A DNA stretch of 64,000 nt from Spizellomyces punctatus DAOM BR117 (Eukaryota), in NCBI GenBank assembly GCA_000182565.2, contig KQ257459.1; one strand, 5' to 3'. The position numbers and the translations under genes were made by a program. This document shows, piece after piece, positions 46,401 through 60,764 of the stretch. The number at the start of each line of letters is the position of its first letter. Position 1 is the stretch's first letter. Under the pieces are notes generated by a model that did no database searches, had not been told where the DNA came from, and worked only from the letters and a program-made list of their open reading frames with translations.

Positions 46401-46683
46401 CAAGCAAGCTGACAATAAGCAGGCGGATAACAAGCAAGCGGATAACAAGCAAGCTGACAACAAGCAAGCGGATAACAAGCAAGCGGATAACAAGCAAGCT
46501 GATAATAAGCAAGCCGATAACAAGCAGGGCGACAATAAGCAAGCTGACAATAAGCAGGCGAACAACAAGCAAGCGGACAACAAGCAAGCTGACAAGAAGC
46601 AAGTGGACAACAGGAACAACCGTGGCAACAATGGCAATGCAGGCAATGCCAACCGTAACCGAATGACCCGTCGGTTCCACTAG
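43421..46683 (+). CDS. Large secreted protein: N/G-rich repeats, conserved fungal domain, (DNKQA)n tail; three apparent frameshifts
   Basis: Signal MRILSLIPILLL; one intron; domain ..YYALPQQLN..GHQHITIQ..FFKGLND..YRICSMSGSFSHQPLVMPVAQRGAQDDC; frame slips near 44815, 45446 and 45512. Confidence 0.8.
46051..46605 (+). repeat. 15-bp coding tandem repeat (DNKQA, about 37 copies)
   Basis: GAYAAYAAGCARGCN units. Confidence 0.95.
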
Positions 46684-46976
46684 TCCAGCCACATAGATAG
46701 CTGCATACAAGTTTTTTCGAGAAAGTATATATAGACCTATTTTGAATCAACAGTTTTTTGTAGATAGGGTAGGTACATAGAAGAAGGGAGAGGGATTGTA
46801 AGATGACATGTCCATTTTTTGTTTCTTGTGGGTTTTTCATTGTAAAGTTGAAAATAGAGAAAAGTTTTGAAAACAGAGTTTTGGCATTTGCAGTTCACGT
46901 AAAACTACCAAGCGCGTCCTTGGTTTTTGACGCGTCCAAATCTCTCTCGCCTCTCAACCAACTGGCCATTCCGACC

Positions 46977-47700
46977 ATGCTCACCTCAAACCCCCTCGAA
47001 CAGTACATTCTCCCAAACGCCCCACCAACAGTGTACTACATCCCGTCCTTCCTAACCCCCCAAGAATCCACAACCCTCCTCGAAAAAATCTACAAAACCC
47101 CCAAACCAAAATGGGTTTCCCTTCGTAACCGCCGCTTACAGAACTGGGGTGTCCTTGCAGGGCATTGTCCCCTTTCAGACCCACTACCCCCTTGGTTAAC
47201 CGCCATCGAAAACCGAATCGCAGCATTGGGTATATGGCATCAACATTCCCACGCCAACAATTGTCTTATCAACGAGTAACGTATTCCCCCCGTCGCACAC
47301 TTGTTACATATATTCACCCATATTTTGAATTAGGTATTTACCAGGGCAAGGTATCCTCCCCCACGAAGACGGCCCAGCCTTCCACCCAACAATAGCAACC
47401 CTCTCCCTCTCAAGTACCTGTCTCCTCCAATTATACCCACACGGTCAAACCAAAGCCTCTCATACCCTGTTTTTGGAACCGGGGAGCTTGTTGGTGTTGG
47501 ATGGGGAGGTTTATAGGGGGTTTTTGCATGGGATTCCTGAGCAGAGGGTTGATGTTCTTGAAGGGGTTGTGAATCCTGTTCGAGATTTTGGTAAGGAGGG
47601 GGGGAGGATTGAGAGGGGTACGAGAGTTAGTGTGACGTTTAGGGTTGTTAAAAAGGTTGCCAAAGTTTCTGTTGGGAGGGTATTTGGAAAGAGGGTTTAA
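46977..47700 (+). CDS. ALKBH6: AlkB homolog 6-like dioxygenase
   Basis: PPTVYYIPSFLT, KWVSLRNRRLQNWG, NNCLINEY, PHEDGPAF, LEPGSLLVL, HGI, RGTRVSVTFR. Confidence 0.88.
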
Positions 47701-47978
47701 GAAAAAGTTTTGGGTTTATCGGTTATGAAACCAAAAACCGCCAAAGCATTCACAACATGGATCGAAAATCTGTTGATGGAGTGGTCAAATTGCTTTGTAG
47801 ATACCACATGTATAACCCATATTTTAATCAACTTGATTTATGCTATTTTGTTGACATTGTGTTTATCCCCTCAATAACCAACTCTACGCCCTTCCATCTC
47901 GATTTCCATCAAATCAAGGCATCTACAGTCCCTCTCCCATAAAACACCTCCCACGACATAGCCCTTAATGCCATGTCC

Positions 47979-49080
47979 TCATCCCTCAATAACCAACTCT
48001 ACTTTCCACCTTGTTTTCCAGCGTCCCATAAAGGCATCTACAGCCCATGGCATCCCTCTCCCATAAAACTCCTTGTACCCTTCTTCACGGTATAAATCCA
48101 ATTGAGATAATACAAGCCTCCGAAATGCCCCTGACGTTCCTGTGGGTATCTCTAGAACCTCTTGTTCAGAAACGACGCCGTCGGACATGTACACAGCAGC
48201 TGGGTCCGTGTTTCCCACTAGTTTAAGCGATTGAAGCCGGGTCAATGGGGGTAGGATGACGGTTGTGATGGATCTGACAGTCAAGTGCGTTTCAGTTGAT
48301 AGTGTTAATGTTAGAGATTGGAGGGTGTGTGAAAGGGATTGGAGATCGCTTGGTCGTAGTCTTGGAAGGGGCGTTACATGAAATTCCGTTAACTGAGGAT
48401 GAGATTCCAGAAATGGTGCAATGGCATATGAATCCATTGTAGGGCGGTACACGGAATGTCTTGACCGTGGAGCCTGTGATAAGATCAACTTTTTTAACCC
48501 CGGGGCAGCGTATCGTATCCTTTCGAACCCTCTTGTTGATATCCCTGTCGAATGCAACACCAATCCTTCTAATTTGTTTCCCGCAGCTTCAAAAACCCTC
48601 TCTAAAAACTCATCATCAACCCTCATGTACACTTCCAACTCTCTTAATGTCCCTATACGAAGCTTCCAAGGCAATGCATACGGTACATCACAATGAAGAT
48701 GTAATCGCACCGTATGGACATTCTCACACATTTCAACCATATGATATAAAACATATTGCAACGAATACGGTTTGAACATGTCGATACCGGAATCCCTCCT
48801 CCCATCATCATCATCTTTCTCCACCAACAACCAACCAAACATCCTCAATAACGTGAACAAAATCCTTGTAGGGACCCAAAACGGCGTTAACGAATCCTCT
48901 CCAGGCTCGGTTTTGGATACGTGTGCCGAGTCGGGGGGCTGACCAGAGGATTTGGCGGGTTGTGAGATAAAATGCTTTTGAGACTTGGAGGCAGGCGTAG
49001 AGGGTTGGGTTGTGGTGTGTTGTTGGGGTTTTGGTGTGGAGGAGGATACACGATAAGAGTTCGGGTGGGAGCGGTGACAT
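47979..49080 (-). CDS. F-box/LRR-like protein with a 1-nt frameshift near 48815
   Basis: MSPLPPELLSCILLH..LYACLQVSKAF..ILWSAP followed by LRR-like repeats in the adjacent frame. Confidence 0.7.
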
Positions 49081-49748
49081 TTTATGTGTCCTTTTTTTTT
49101 TGTAATGTGTATTGTCTGCACAAGTTGCAACAAGATTGGAAAAACCCAGTTGTGCTTTTTGAAATTCTTGGCCCACCTCGGGCCATATACCACACCCTCA
49201 TCACCCCAATATCCCCACGGCTCAGTTGTTTCCTGCTCTGCTAGTTACGTAATTACGAGCAATGCAACAGGCTCTTGCTTTTTTACGGTCAAAACTTTTG
49301 ATATGATGGATACTTGTATGTCTCGTCGAGTGGGGATTGGAAACCATTATTGTAAAGGGAATCTATGTTTTTAACTACGAGTTGGTTTTGGACAACGAGC
49401 ATTGATTCGACACCATTGATATATATGCAACTTTACGGTTAAGAAAATCTAGGTAGATGTGTTTATTGCAATATCATTCCGTCTATCTCATCGTGTTTTT
49501 TGGACGTGATAAGTGAGAGGTTTCTTGCATGTTCAACGAAACATTGGCCGTTCATCAAAACCCCAAGTATCTTGGTAGGCTATCGGAGATTTCCAGTTTA
49601 ACAAGCTTACATACACAACATGCGTTTATTGGATGAGAGTCTCATTAACCCATAAAAGGAAATTTTTATTTTTGACCAAACTTGACGGATCTTGCTCACA
49701 ATGATACTCTATTCCTCCACTGAATTCCACTTTTTGCATCCTTGCGTT

Positions 49749-51651
49749 ATGACACCCCCAACCCTCCCAATAAACCCAACATCCCTCTCCCCGCACAAGT
49801 TCCTAGCCCCCTCACAAACCCTCAGCACCTCCCTTCTAAAAACAACATGCGCACTCTACTCCCTTGCCCATCAATCCCAACCTATCCAAATGACGCATTT
49901 GGACAAGGTTTGGGTGGATGGGTTTGATGCGGAGCAGATTTGGGAGCAGATTTGGATGCTTGTTGGGCCTTTTGGGGAGTATTTTGGGGATAAAGTTCAG
50001 GAGATTTTGGAGAATGCGGAGGGGGATGCGGAGGAGAGTGATGTGCATGTGGAGGAATTGGAGGAGGATGAAGAGGAGGATGTGAGTGAGCATGATGAGG
50101 ACGAGGATGTGGATAACGAGGATGAGGAAGAAGAGGAAGGCGAGGAACAAGATGAGGAATTGGAGGAAAACGATAACGAGGACATGTTGAGCGGTTCAGA
50201 CCCACTCGATGACGACCAGGTCTCAAACGCTTCCAACCCCTCCGACTCACCACGGAAACGCAAAAGCATCATTGATGACGAATTCTTTTCCCTTGAAGAC
50301 ATGGAGCGATTCGCCGACTTTGGTGAGGCGCGTGATATGAAACGTGCACGGCGGAACCAAGAGGATCTAGAAGAAGATGATGATGAGTTTGCATTGGAGG
50401 ATGAGTTGAATGAGGAGGATGAGAATGCGAATGGTATGAAAAAATATTTAGAGTGTATATCAACGGGGTGGGTGACATTTTCTGTTATTATTTGCAGAGA
50501 TTCGGTATGAGGATTTCTTTGGACCGCGTGAACAGCATCATGAGCGGCCTGATGCACGTGTACGGTTCTCGGATCAGAACCAAGTCAAGGAATTCCAAAG
50601 GGAGGATGAGAATCAGGAGGAACAAGACCAGGAGGATGAGGACCAAGGGGAAGAAAACCCGACAGTACACCCTTCCCGAACCGCCAACCTGTTTGATGAA
50701 GACACCCAGCCGGATACGACCATCTCCACCTTTGAAAGAGAGCAAAAAAAACTTGCGGCCCAAATCACCCAGCTCGAGTCTGAAGCCATCGCCCCCAAAC
50801 CATGGACCCTCAATGGAGAAGCCTTTAGCAAATCCCGTCCAGTCAATTCCCTCCTCGAAGAAGATTTAGAATACGAGCACGCCGCCAAACCCGTTCCCGT
50901 CATAACAGAAGAAAAAACATCGTCGTTGGAGGATTTGATCAAGCAGCGGATCAAGGATGCTGTGTTTGATGATGTAGTTCGCAAGGCGCCACCTCGGGAT
51001 AGAGATTTTGATCCCAATAGACGTATCGAGATTATAGAAGAAAAGAGCAGCAAGGGGCTTGCAGAGGTCTACGAGGAAGACTATATGCGAAAAACAGGAC
51101 AAACAACCACAACAGAAAAAGACGCCGCCCTCGCCGCCCAACACGCTGAAATCGATACCCTCTTCAAATCCCTTTGTCAGAATCTTGATGCCCTTTCCAA
51201 CTGGCATTTCCAGCCCAAACCCACTACCGTCGAACTGCAAGTCACACCCCTCCCCAACGCTCCTGCTTTGCAAATGGAGGATATCACGCCTTCTCATGTA
51301 GCCGATTCTGCACTCGTAGCACCCTCGGAGGTATTCGCACCCCCCAAGGACCTCAAAGGCGACAAGGAACTCTCATCCGGCACCAAGAAACGTCTTCGAG
51401 ACAAAACGAGGAAACAAGCTGGAAAAGCCCGCAAAGAGAAACAAGATCGTCTTCAGGCTATTGTGGCTGCTAAACCCCGTACAGCCTTCGCAGAGCGCAA
51501 AGAAAAGGAGTCGGCGTTGAAGAAATTGATGGGACAAAAGAATGTGACTGTAGTTGGTAAAGTCGATAAAGGGGCCAAGGCGAGGGGTGTGGAAAAGGGG
51601 GGAAAAATTGGGGAAAGAAAAGTGGAGAGAGCAGAATTTTTGAGGTTGTAA
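49749..51651 (+). CDS. MPP10: U3 snoRNP protein Mpp10
   Basis: DGFDAEQIWEQI, acidic tract, DDEFFSLEDME, KPWTLNGE..RPVNSLLEEDLEYE, LDALSNWHFQPK. Confidence 0.93.
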
Positions 51652-51813
51652 ACACAAATTGTATATTGTGGTATTATTCATAACAATGATAGCGGGAACA
51701 ATATAATCTTTATTTCATTATACAATGGCGTTTGGTCTTTTTACAACCTGCAGTACATATTGTATATCCACGAACTCAATACTCCAAGCAAGGCGGATCC
51801 CACCATTTTCTTT

Positions 51814-53244
51814 TTACTGATCCATCAAACTAATGAACCCCAACTCAGCTTGCACCTGCCTCCCCGCCAAAATCTCTGGATACTTTTCCCGCCCCTCTTG
51901 TCCACCCAACCCTCCAAGAGGCCTCAAAACCCTATCACTAGCAACATGATAAAACAAGGTTGACGAAATCCTCCATAAAGGACGGTTCTTTTCTTTTTGC
52001 CTCGTCATGGCAGCGATGGTATCCTCCACAACACACACCTCGTGAAACCCGGCGCGAATGACACCCCCGGTTAGGATCTCGAGTTGTTTACCGGCTTGGA
52101 CCAAAAGTGTTTGTGGAGGGAGTTTGGCGAGGAGTTTTTGGTACGTGGGTGTCCAGATGTGGAGACCTGGGAATCGAGATGGACCGTGGATCGTCAATAA
52201 ATTGAGATCCCTACAATGTGTCGTGTTCATTAACATAAACATTTTTGAAAAGCATGGTGTATGATGATAATTGCAGGATACGTACGTATGAAACCCAGCC
52301 AAAACCGTTCCAACTTTACCATACTTTTCCAAATCACTTCCGGTAGGCGCCAACAAGTGCGGTCCGTACCGTCCAAACTCTACAAACGTCTCCCGAGGGA
52401 GTCCGAGTCCAATTGCGAGCATTTCTGTGAGGGTTTCGACAGAGGTGTGCATGAGTGTTCCCCATGTGTTCATTGTTTTAGACCAGGTTGGGAATGCTAG
52501 TGGGTTTTGTTTAGTATAATGTTGTATAATGGAGGTTTGTAGTGCAAGTTTTTGTGCGTGGTTTTCTTTTTACCTGCTGGAACGACCGGGTCGGCGTTTA
52601 GGGCATTGAATTGGGTTTCCGGGGGTTGGTCACCGATACGCCAAAACTTTATAAAAACTGTGTTGGTTACGGGAATGCAAACGTACGTTTCATCAAACAA
52701 AACTTACGAAACGCCATTTAGGATCCGTACCATCGTAAGGCAAAGGTTTATTCTCCTCAGCCATCTACAAAAAAACCCAAAAAGAAAACCACATTTTAAA
52801 AAACAAACTCTTTTGTATAATCAACTACCAACTTACGGTCTTGACAATCTCCTCACACCCTTCATCCCTCGCACACCTCGGCCGCTCCGTATTCTCTGGA
52901 GTAGCACCAACTTGATACCCAACCTCCGGCCTCACATCCCGTAACTTTGCTTCCTCATCCTGCGCAAAATAATCTTCCATGACATTTAGGAATGTGTCAT
53001 TGTGGGATTGGTTTACGCGGGGGTCGTGGATTGCGAGGGCTGAGTGGGTTTTGAGGGCTGTTGCTGCCTACATGTGTATGTTCATATTCAGTATATTTTA
53101 TTGTTTTCAAAGAAAATGGGGTTTTTGTTGTTGGTGTACCTTTTCGCATTCTGCGAGTGCTTCCTCGGAGGTTGGGTCTGCTAGAAAAGGCGCGAGGTTC
53201 ACAACGGGGAGGATAAAGGTCGTTGCTTGGACGGTGACGGTCAT
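51814..53244 (-). CDS. 2OG-Fe(II) oxygenase (IPNS/clavaminate synthase-like), multi-exon
   Basis: LPVVNLAPFL, GPHLLAPTGSDL, AGFHTDLNLLTIHG, LLVQAGKQLE..GFHEV, WRISSTLF. Confidence 0.85.
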
Positions 53245-53817
53245 GATGAGCGTAAGTTGTCAAAACAAAAGATGGAATTGCAAGGAACGAGGAGGGAAAT
53301 GGTTGCCCGTTTTTCTCGCTTTTGTGTTTTTTGAGGTCTGTGCATGTTGGGGACACATATTGCCTTTTTGGGACTACTGCGCTCACGTGATAAAATCGAA
53401 CTCAAACTTTGGAGATAACTTTTGTATCATGATATTCTGGGTTTGAATAATGGCCAAAGACGATCAACAATGCGTAGAAGTCTGCTGGTATAAACAAGGA
53501 AGGGTATTTCAAACAATCTCACAATTAATGGCTTCTTTTTGCATGTCGATTTGGACGTTTTATCATATGTCCCCTATTACAGCTTAAACTCAGTACAACC
53601 CGTATCGCTGTATGCACTGGACAAGCGATTAGCCTTTACATGTGTCAATAGGTGGCATATAAAGTACTAGCCGAATATGCATAATTCAAAGCAGACCACT
53701 ACTGTGCTTGTCCAGTTGCTACGAGTTGTAATTGCTGCTGACAAAACCCACGTGACCGATCATGATGACAAGTCTCTCACAGTCAAAGTTTGCATTCTGC
53801 CATCACTTTCCCAAACC

Positions 53818-53982
53818 ATGAATCGCGGCCCCATTGTCCTCACAATTGACGAAGCAGAATACCTTCTCGACCAACTTCCACCCCCTTCAAAAGACGAAGA
53901 TACCCTCGTTACAAAACTCCGCGAAAAACTCGAGATCCTTTTAAACGAGCTGCGAAAAGGTGCTGAAGGCTCTGGTCATTAA
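53818..53982 (+). CDS. 54-aa small helical protein
   Basis: MNRGPIVLTIDEAEYLLDQLPPPSKDEDTLVTKLREKLEILLNELRKGAEGSGH; good start context (AACCATG). Confidence 0.65.
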   Translation: MNRGPIVLTIDEAEYLLDQLPPPSKDEDTLVTKLREKLEILLNELRKGAEGSGH

Positions 53983-53986
53983 AAAG

Positions 53987-54959
53987 ATGGCGGATTACAA
54001 TGTCAGTGTAAATGTTGTCGGTCCCCTGGATTGTAACTGCGTTATTGTGGGAAATAAGCAGACGGGTGAGGCGGTTGTTGTTGATCCTGGGGGAGATGTG
54101 CAATTGATTTTGGACGAGGCAGAGAGGATGAATGTTCAAGTAATGTCATTACAAACAGTATTACAAAAAACTGGCCAAAAACTAATAACTGCACTTGACA
54201 GATTAAGAAAATCTACCATACCCACGCCCATTTCGATCACTTTCTCGCTACCGCCCAACTCCAAAGCGCAACGGGTGCAACAACCCACCTCCACCAACAA
54301 GACCAGGTAAAACCACTCTCCCAAGAGATTACAAAAACAGATTCTCACTCCACTACCTTACAGTTTCTTTGGGAAAGACTCGAAGACCAGTGTCGCCTCA
54401 TAGGTCTCATTCTCTCATCTGATCAAATCCCATCTCCACCCGACACCCTCCTACGTAAGTCCACACCCACACAAAAAAAAGAGCTCATATATAAATATAA
54501 ATACTCACATCACCCAAAAGTTGGTCAAGAACCCATTACTCTCGGTACAACCCAAATCGGCACAGTCTTGCATACACCTGGACACAGTCCCGGATCATCT
54601 TCTTATTACTTTCCTGAACTGGGTATAGTGTGCACGGGGGATACACTATTCAGGTTCGTCCTAACATTAAATGCAAAAAACTATACGCATGTCTTAATGT
54701 CACATCCAACAGGGACTCGATCGGTAGAACCGATCTCTGGAAAGCATCCTTTACAACCTTGCAGGAATCAGTTCTTTCAAAACTCTACACACTTCCAGAT
54801 GATGTCAAGGTGATTCCTGGCCATGGACCCGCAACGACAGTGGGGAGAGAGAAAAAATACAACATGTTTGTGAGGGACGTTGTGGATAAGGGGGTATCAA
54901 AGTTGGCGGAGGGATGCGCGGGGTGTGAAGCATTGAAAGGATTGGAAGCGAGGTTATGA
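53987..54959 (+). CDS. Metallo-beta-lactamase fold hydrolase (glyoxalase II/YcbL-like), multi-exon
   Basis: VVVDPGGD, HTHAHFDH, HTPGHSPGS, TGDTLF, PGHG. Confidence 0.88.
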
Positions 54960-55128
54960 AACAGTCCCCTTTCATGCATGGCCATTTTAAACAGATGTCA
55001 CACTCGCTGCACATGGTGTATCTCATGTATTACATGCAGACAAACCAAAAAAAAAAGACACAAGGTCCATTATGAATAAAAGTCTCTTTAAAAATGGTCC
55101 ATTTCCCCCCCTCCCCAGTCTCAAACAT

Positions 55129-56770
<1,642 letters not shown>

Positions 56771-56872
56771 TGTTGACAAGCACTTGTGTTCTATCACGAC
56801 CTGAAGGTGGAAAAAAACAGTGTGATCACTGTCAAGTGGAGGGGGGACGATGGACGGTGATGATCGGGTTTA

Positions 56873-56886
56873 GTTGCCGTGGCAAC
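56873..56886. promoter_or_regulatory. X-box-like palindrome GTTGCCGTGGCAAC
   Basis: One base from the canonical GTTGCCATGGCAAC; about 100 bp upstream of the aminotransferase ATG. Confidence 0.5.
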
Positions 56887-57204
56887 AGAGCTTTTGGCTT
56901 CGTGGAACGTGAGTCGGCTGAGTCATCCAATGATGTGTCTGCATCATACAGTATTTTGCTCGTGCGTCCCAAGTATTGATCAGTCATAAAGTCAAATGAT
57001 GAACAACAAAATATATATGAGGTACTAAATAGTGTATTTACAAAAACAGACACGCCATGTATACATCATCTCGTTGATATGCTATATAAAACAATGTTAT
57101 GCTACAGAAGTATGCTGCACTATACTACAATTATATATAGGATCGCAACAGGAAGAAAGGTATTGCAGCCTAGCACGATATCAAAATTGTCCGCACTAAG
57201 TGCA

Positions 57205-58963
57205 CTATCTCTCCTTACCAGTTGATGGCTCGGTCCATACCGTCGGGGCGCCAGGTTGGAGTGTCAGGACGGGAGGTGCGACAACCAATGACTTGTGGTA
57301 AAACGATGGTCCCTCCGCAGCGGGCGCCACATCCAGCTGTCCAGAGCCTACCTCCAGCAGATCGTCCCACGATTTCATGGCGGGCTGGAAATTTTCGATC
57401 GCATCCACGATATGTTTGATTTCCTTGCAAGTTCCTCCGAAGCAAGTGCATTTAGGAAGTGGAAGCTGTCCAAGAGCCAATTCCTTCAATCCCAGCAGGT
57501 CCAGGTATGCAAGCTTTGAGGACATGCTGCCAGTCATGGTCCGTTTATCTGCGGCGATTTTAAATATCACACGGTGTTCTCGTGGCGATAGGAGGCGACG
57601 GTCATCCAGGTAGCCAATGATATGCTCCAGGATCTCCAGCGGTAGCGAGTGGATTGTGGTAGGGCGGGACGAGGGGGAAGAAGCAGGAGATAACTTATTG
57701 CTCAGCAGCACGCGAGCCGGGGCAAGCATTTTGACAGCCACTACGGGACGAATTCTTTTGTTTGCCTCTTCACATCCATTCGACGCAGCCAGAGTATAGT
57801 TTTGAAGCGACATGACATTGTTCTGAGGGACTCCCATACCATACTCGTAGCAGATTCCCAGTGACAGTTGTGACAAGGCGTGATTCTGTGCTGCGGCGTG
57901 CTGGAACCACCCAGCAGCCAGCGCATTGTCCGTTCGCACTCCAATTCCATCATGATAGCATCGACCGAGATTGTATTGCGCATGCGGGTGTCCGTCCTTT
58001 GCCGCCAAAAGGTAATGTTCGACAGCTCGGATTTCGTTGGGCCCACTCATCCCAAGGCCTTGTTCATAGAAGATGCCGAGAACGTTCTGTGCGTTGATGG
58101 ACCCAAACTTTGCTGCCCGTTGGTACCAGCCCAGCGCTTGCGACAAATCTTCTTCGACTGCTATTCCGCGTTCGAATAGTGTTCCAATGTTGTAAATCGC
58201 AGCTGCCTCTCGTTGTTCCGCGGCTTTGATGTACCATCGCAGTCCAAGAGTAGGATTCCGTGTACAGCCAGATCCTTCGATATATAGATTTCCCAAAACG
58301 TTTTGTGCTCCTGAATGGCCCTGATTGGCTGCCTTTTCACACCACAGAAAAGCAACTGCATCATCTTCTGGGACAGCGATGCCGTTATAGTAGCATAATG
58401 CCAGACAAAACTGCGCTGCAGCTATTCCTGCTTCTGCTGCTTCTTCCAACCAGCGAATGGCATCTTTCCCTTGTTCGGCGCATTCCTTCCTCCATCGTTC
58501 TGCTTCTGCATGGTTGATCTTGATTCCAGGTCTGCCGTGGGTCTTTAGAAATGCCAGTCGAGCCTTTGCCAAACCACATCCTCGAGAAGCAGCCATAGTA
58601 TAAAGCCTGAAGCATGCGGCGATGAGTTATTGACTGGGCGAGAAAAATTCACCACAGCTACCCCAACACTCACCTCTCAGCAAGCGTGTAGTTTTCCTTT
58701 GGGATCGTCGAAACGGGTTGAGGTCCTTCACCCATTCTGAATTCACTGAAGAATGCCACGGCTGTTTTACCCATAAGGCAGTTCTCCTCGTCCGCCAATT
58801 TGAAATACTTCAAAGCCCTTTCCTCGTTCTTTTTTTGCAATAACACTTGACTACCCAAAATCAGGGCCACAAGCCCTTTGAAAGACGGCGTACAATGACG
58901 GACTTCCGTGGTCATTGGTGTTGAATGGTGGTGCGATGGTAGTGTCGGTGATGTTGCAGACAT
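57205..58963 (-). CDS. Sel1-like repeat protein with C-terminal F-box-like motif
   Basis: AQFCLALCYYNG, AQNVLGNLYIEG, AQYNLGRCYHDG repeats; IHSLPLEILEHIIGYL. Confidence 0.88.
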
Positions 58964-59710
58964 GGATTATCTTATTAGGTAAAAGGAGATGTTGGGATCC
59001 CCTCGCCCCGTATATAGCTCCTCAACGTCGCTATATTTCTCCCGCCTGGATACAAGAGAAGTGGAAAGTGTTCCGCGTGCGCACTTGCAAGCGTCGCCGT
59101 TTCAGACGACGAAACCGGAGTAAGAACAACGGGCCGCAAAATGCAGATTGGAAGATCAACGGCTGTCCCTAAAAATAGCTCTGGTCAGTGTCCTAAGCCG
59201 CACATGCCGCATTCAACTCAACTGATTGCATTTGATCGTGATTACTAAGCGATCAGGACTCATGACTCACGCACTGATATCAGCAGGTTCAAACGATAAA
59301 TACACCACGAGTAAGACGTATGTATTATTTATTGTTGGGTGCATATAAGCATATCCATGTTAGCTTAAAATGAGAATCATGGAGTATCTCGTGTGTATCG
59401 CAGCGCTGCTCGCATTCGGTTTGAAATCAAGCAGCGTGCTGTGAGACAGCAAGACCCCAGTTGTACTGTAGTGTAGAGGTGACAGAAACTGGCACTAGCT
59501 ACTACACCAGGGAATAAACCGGCGACAACCGGTTCAGAAAAGCTAACTACTACCAGGCCGTATACACGCAATACGTAACGGTTGGTTCTAACCGGATAAT
59601 TGCCCACCACCACACGCGGTCCCTACTAGGCCTTGATCTGGAACTCTTGATGGCATTGAAGCCAGACTCTTGCATCCAGGAGCAAATCGACTGGGCAGCG
59701 TCACAAGCCA

Positions 59711-60021
59711 GAGGATGTTCAGTGACAAGGCTTGGAGACTACAAAAACTGCATGTCAGAAGATGACCCGATGACAAGAAATGCAAGAAATGCCATCGATA
59801 CATACCAACCAAGCTCAACTAATGTGGCAGCATAACAGCTTTGTTGGTTCCGAGGCTGCGCTGGTTCCAGTTGGTTGTAATCGGGTGGGCGAGGTCCTCG
59901 GCACCACCATCTGCAGAACTCTCATCGCGACTCGGTCCAATCATGAGAATGCAGATGATTTGAGAGTCGAGGATGGGTAAAGAGGAAAGAGGGAAGAGAG
60001 AGCAAAGGCCCCCTTTTTATA
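59711..60021 (-). other. Small TATA-driven spliced unit, copy 2 (paralog of 17416-17683)
   Basis: TATAAAAA 60021-60014; 25/26-nt core shared with copy 1; 58-nt intron 59805-59748. Confidence 0.45.
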
Positions 60022-60187
60022 GACCTTTGGCATGCGCCTCACCGCAGTTTTAAAAAAAACATTACATGCATGCCACACCGTTTTTGAGCGGGGGGTGCTG
60101 ATTATGCGATATGATTAACCGGATTAATCCGGATAATAATGGGTCCTAGTGCCATTTTCAATCGCCTCCACACTATGTACAGCATGT

Positions 60188-60298
60188 GCAGATAAAGATA
60201 GAGCATCACGTGAGTCATGTGGTGGTCCATCCATTCAATTCGGCGCCTCACATCCTTTGAACATCACATGACTCACGTGATGCTCGATCTTTATCTGC
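60188..60298. repeat. 34-bp inverted repeat (one mismatch) with 43-bp spacer
   Basis: GCAGATAAAGATAGAGCATCACGTGAGTCATGTG (60188-60221) against 60265-60298. Confidence 0.85.
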
Positions 60299-60764
60299 CT
60301 GCACAAGCTGTAGGAGCGACACGAGGCAAAGGACGTGCCCTCTCATAGCAACCGACCATAGCAACAAACTCTGCACACAGCGACGACGCACTGCCAAATG
60401 GGTCACACCAAGTGCACCACCCCTTCGGCGCCTGTCTGCTGGTAGTGACGGCATACGACCACGAGGACGAACGAGAAATACACAGGCTGTCGGTGATTTT
60501 GGTTGCGGTGTCAAATCCCGGTGCTAGTTGCGTCTGCCTTCTCTTCATTGCAGAGCGTTCCACCGCTTCCCTGAAGCAGACAAACGGTGATAGCGGAACG
60601 AACACTTGCTTGAAGTGCGGCAGCGCAAGACTACGCTCCTCAGCTCAGGACCTCATTCATTCTTATAACTGAAACAAAACAACACATATAACACAACCTC
60701 TTCCAAGTTACCTTTCAATCACTTTTGTCCGAAAGGACGTTTCCTTTTTTGATTCATATTCAAC

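Noticed and set aside
44690-46840. Long antisense ORFs (LLSAC, CCPWQ, LLVIR repeats)
   Set aside because: Shadows of coding tandem repeats on the plus strand.
46910-46936. MCB-like ACGCGT boxes upstream of ALKBH6
   Set aside because: A six-base motif is too common to support without an enrichment test.
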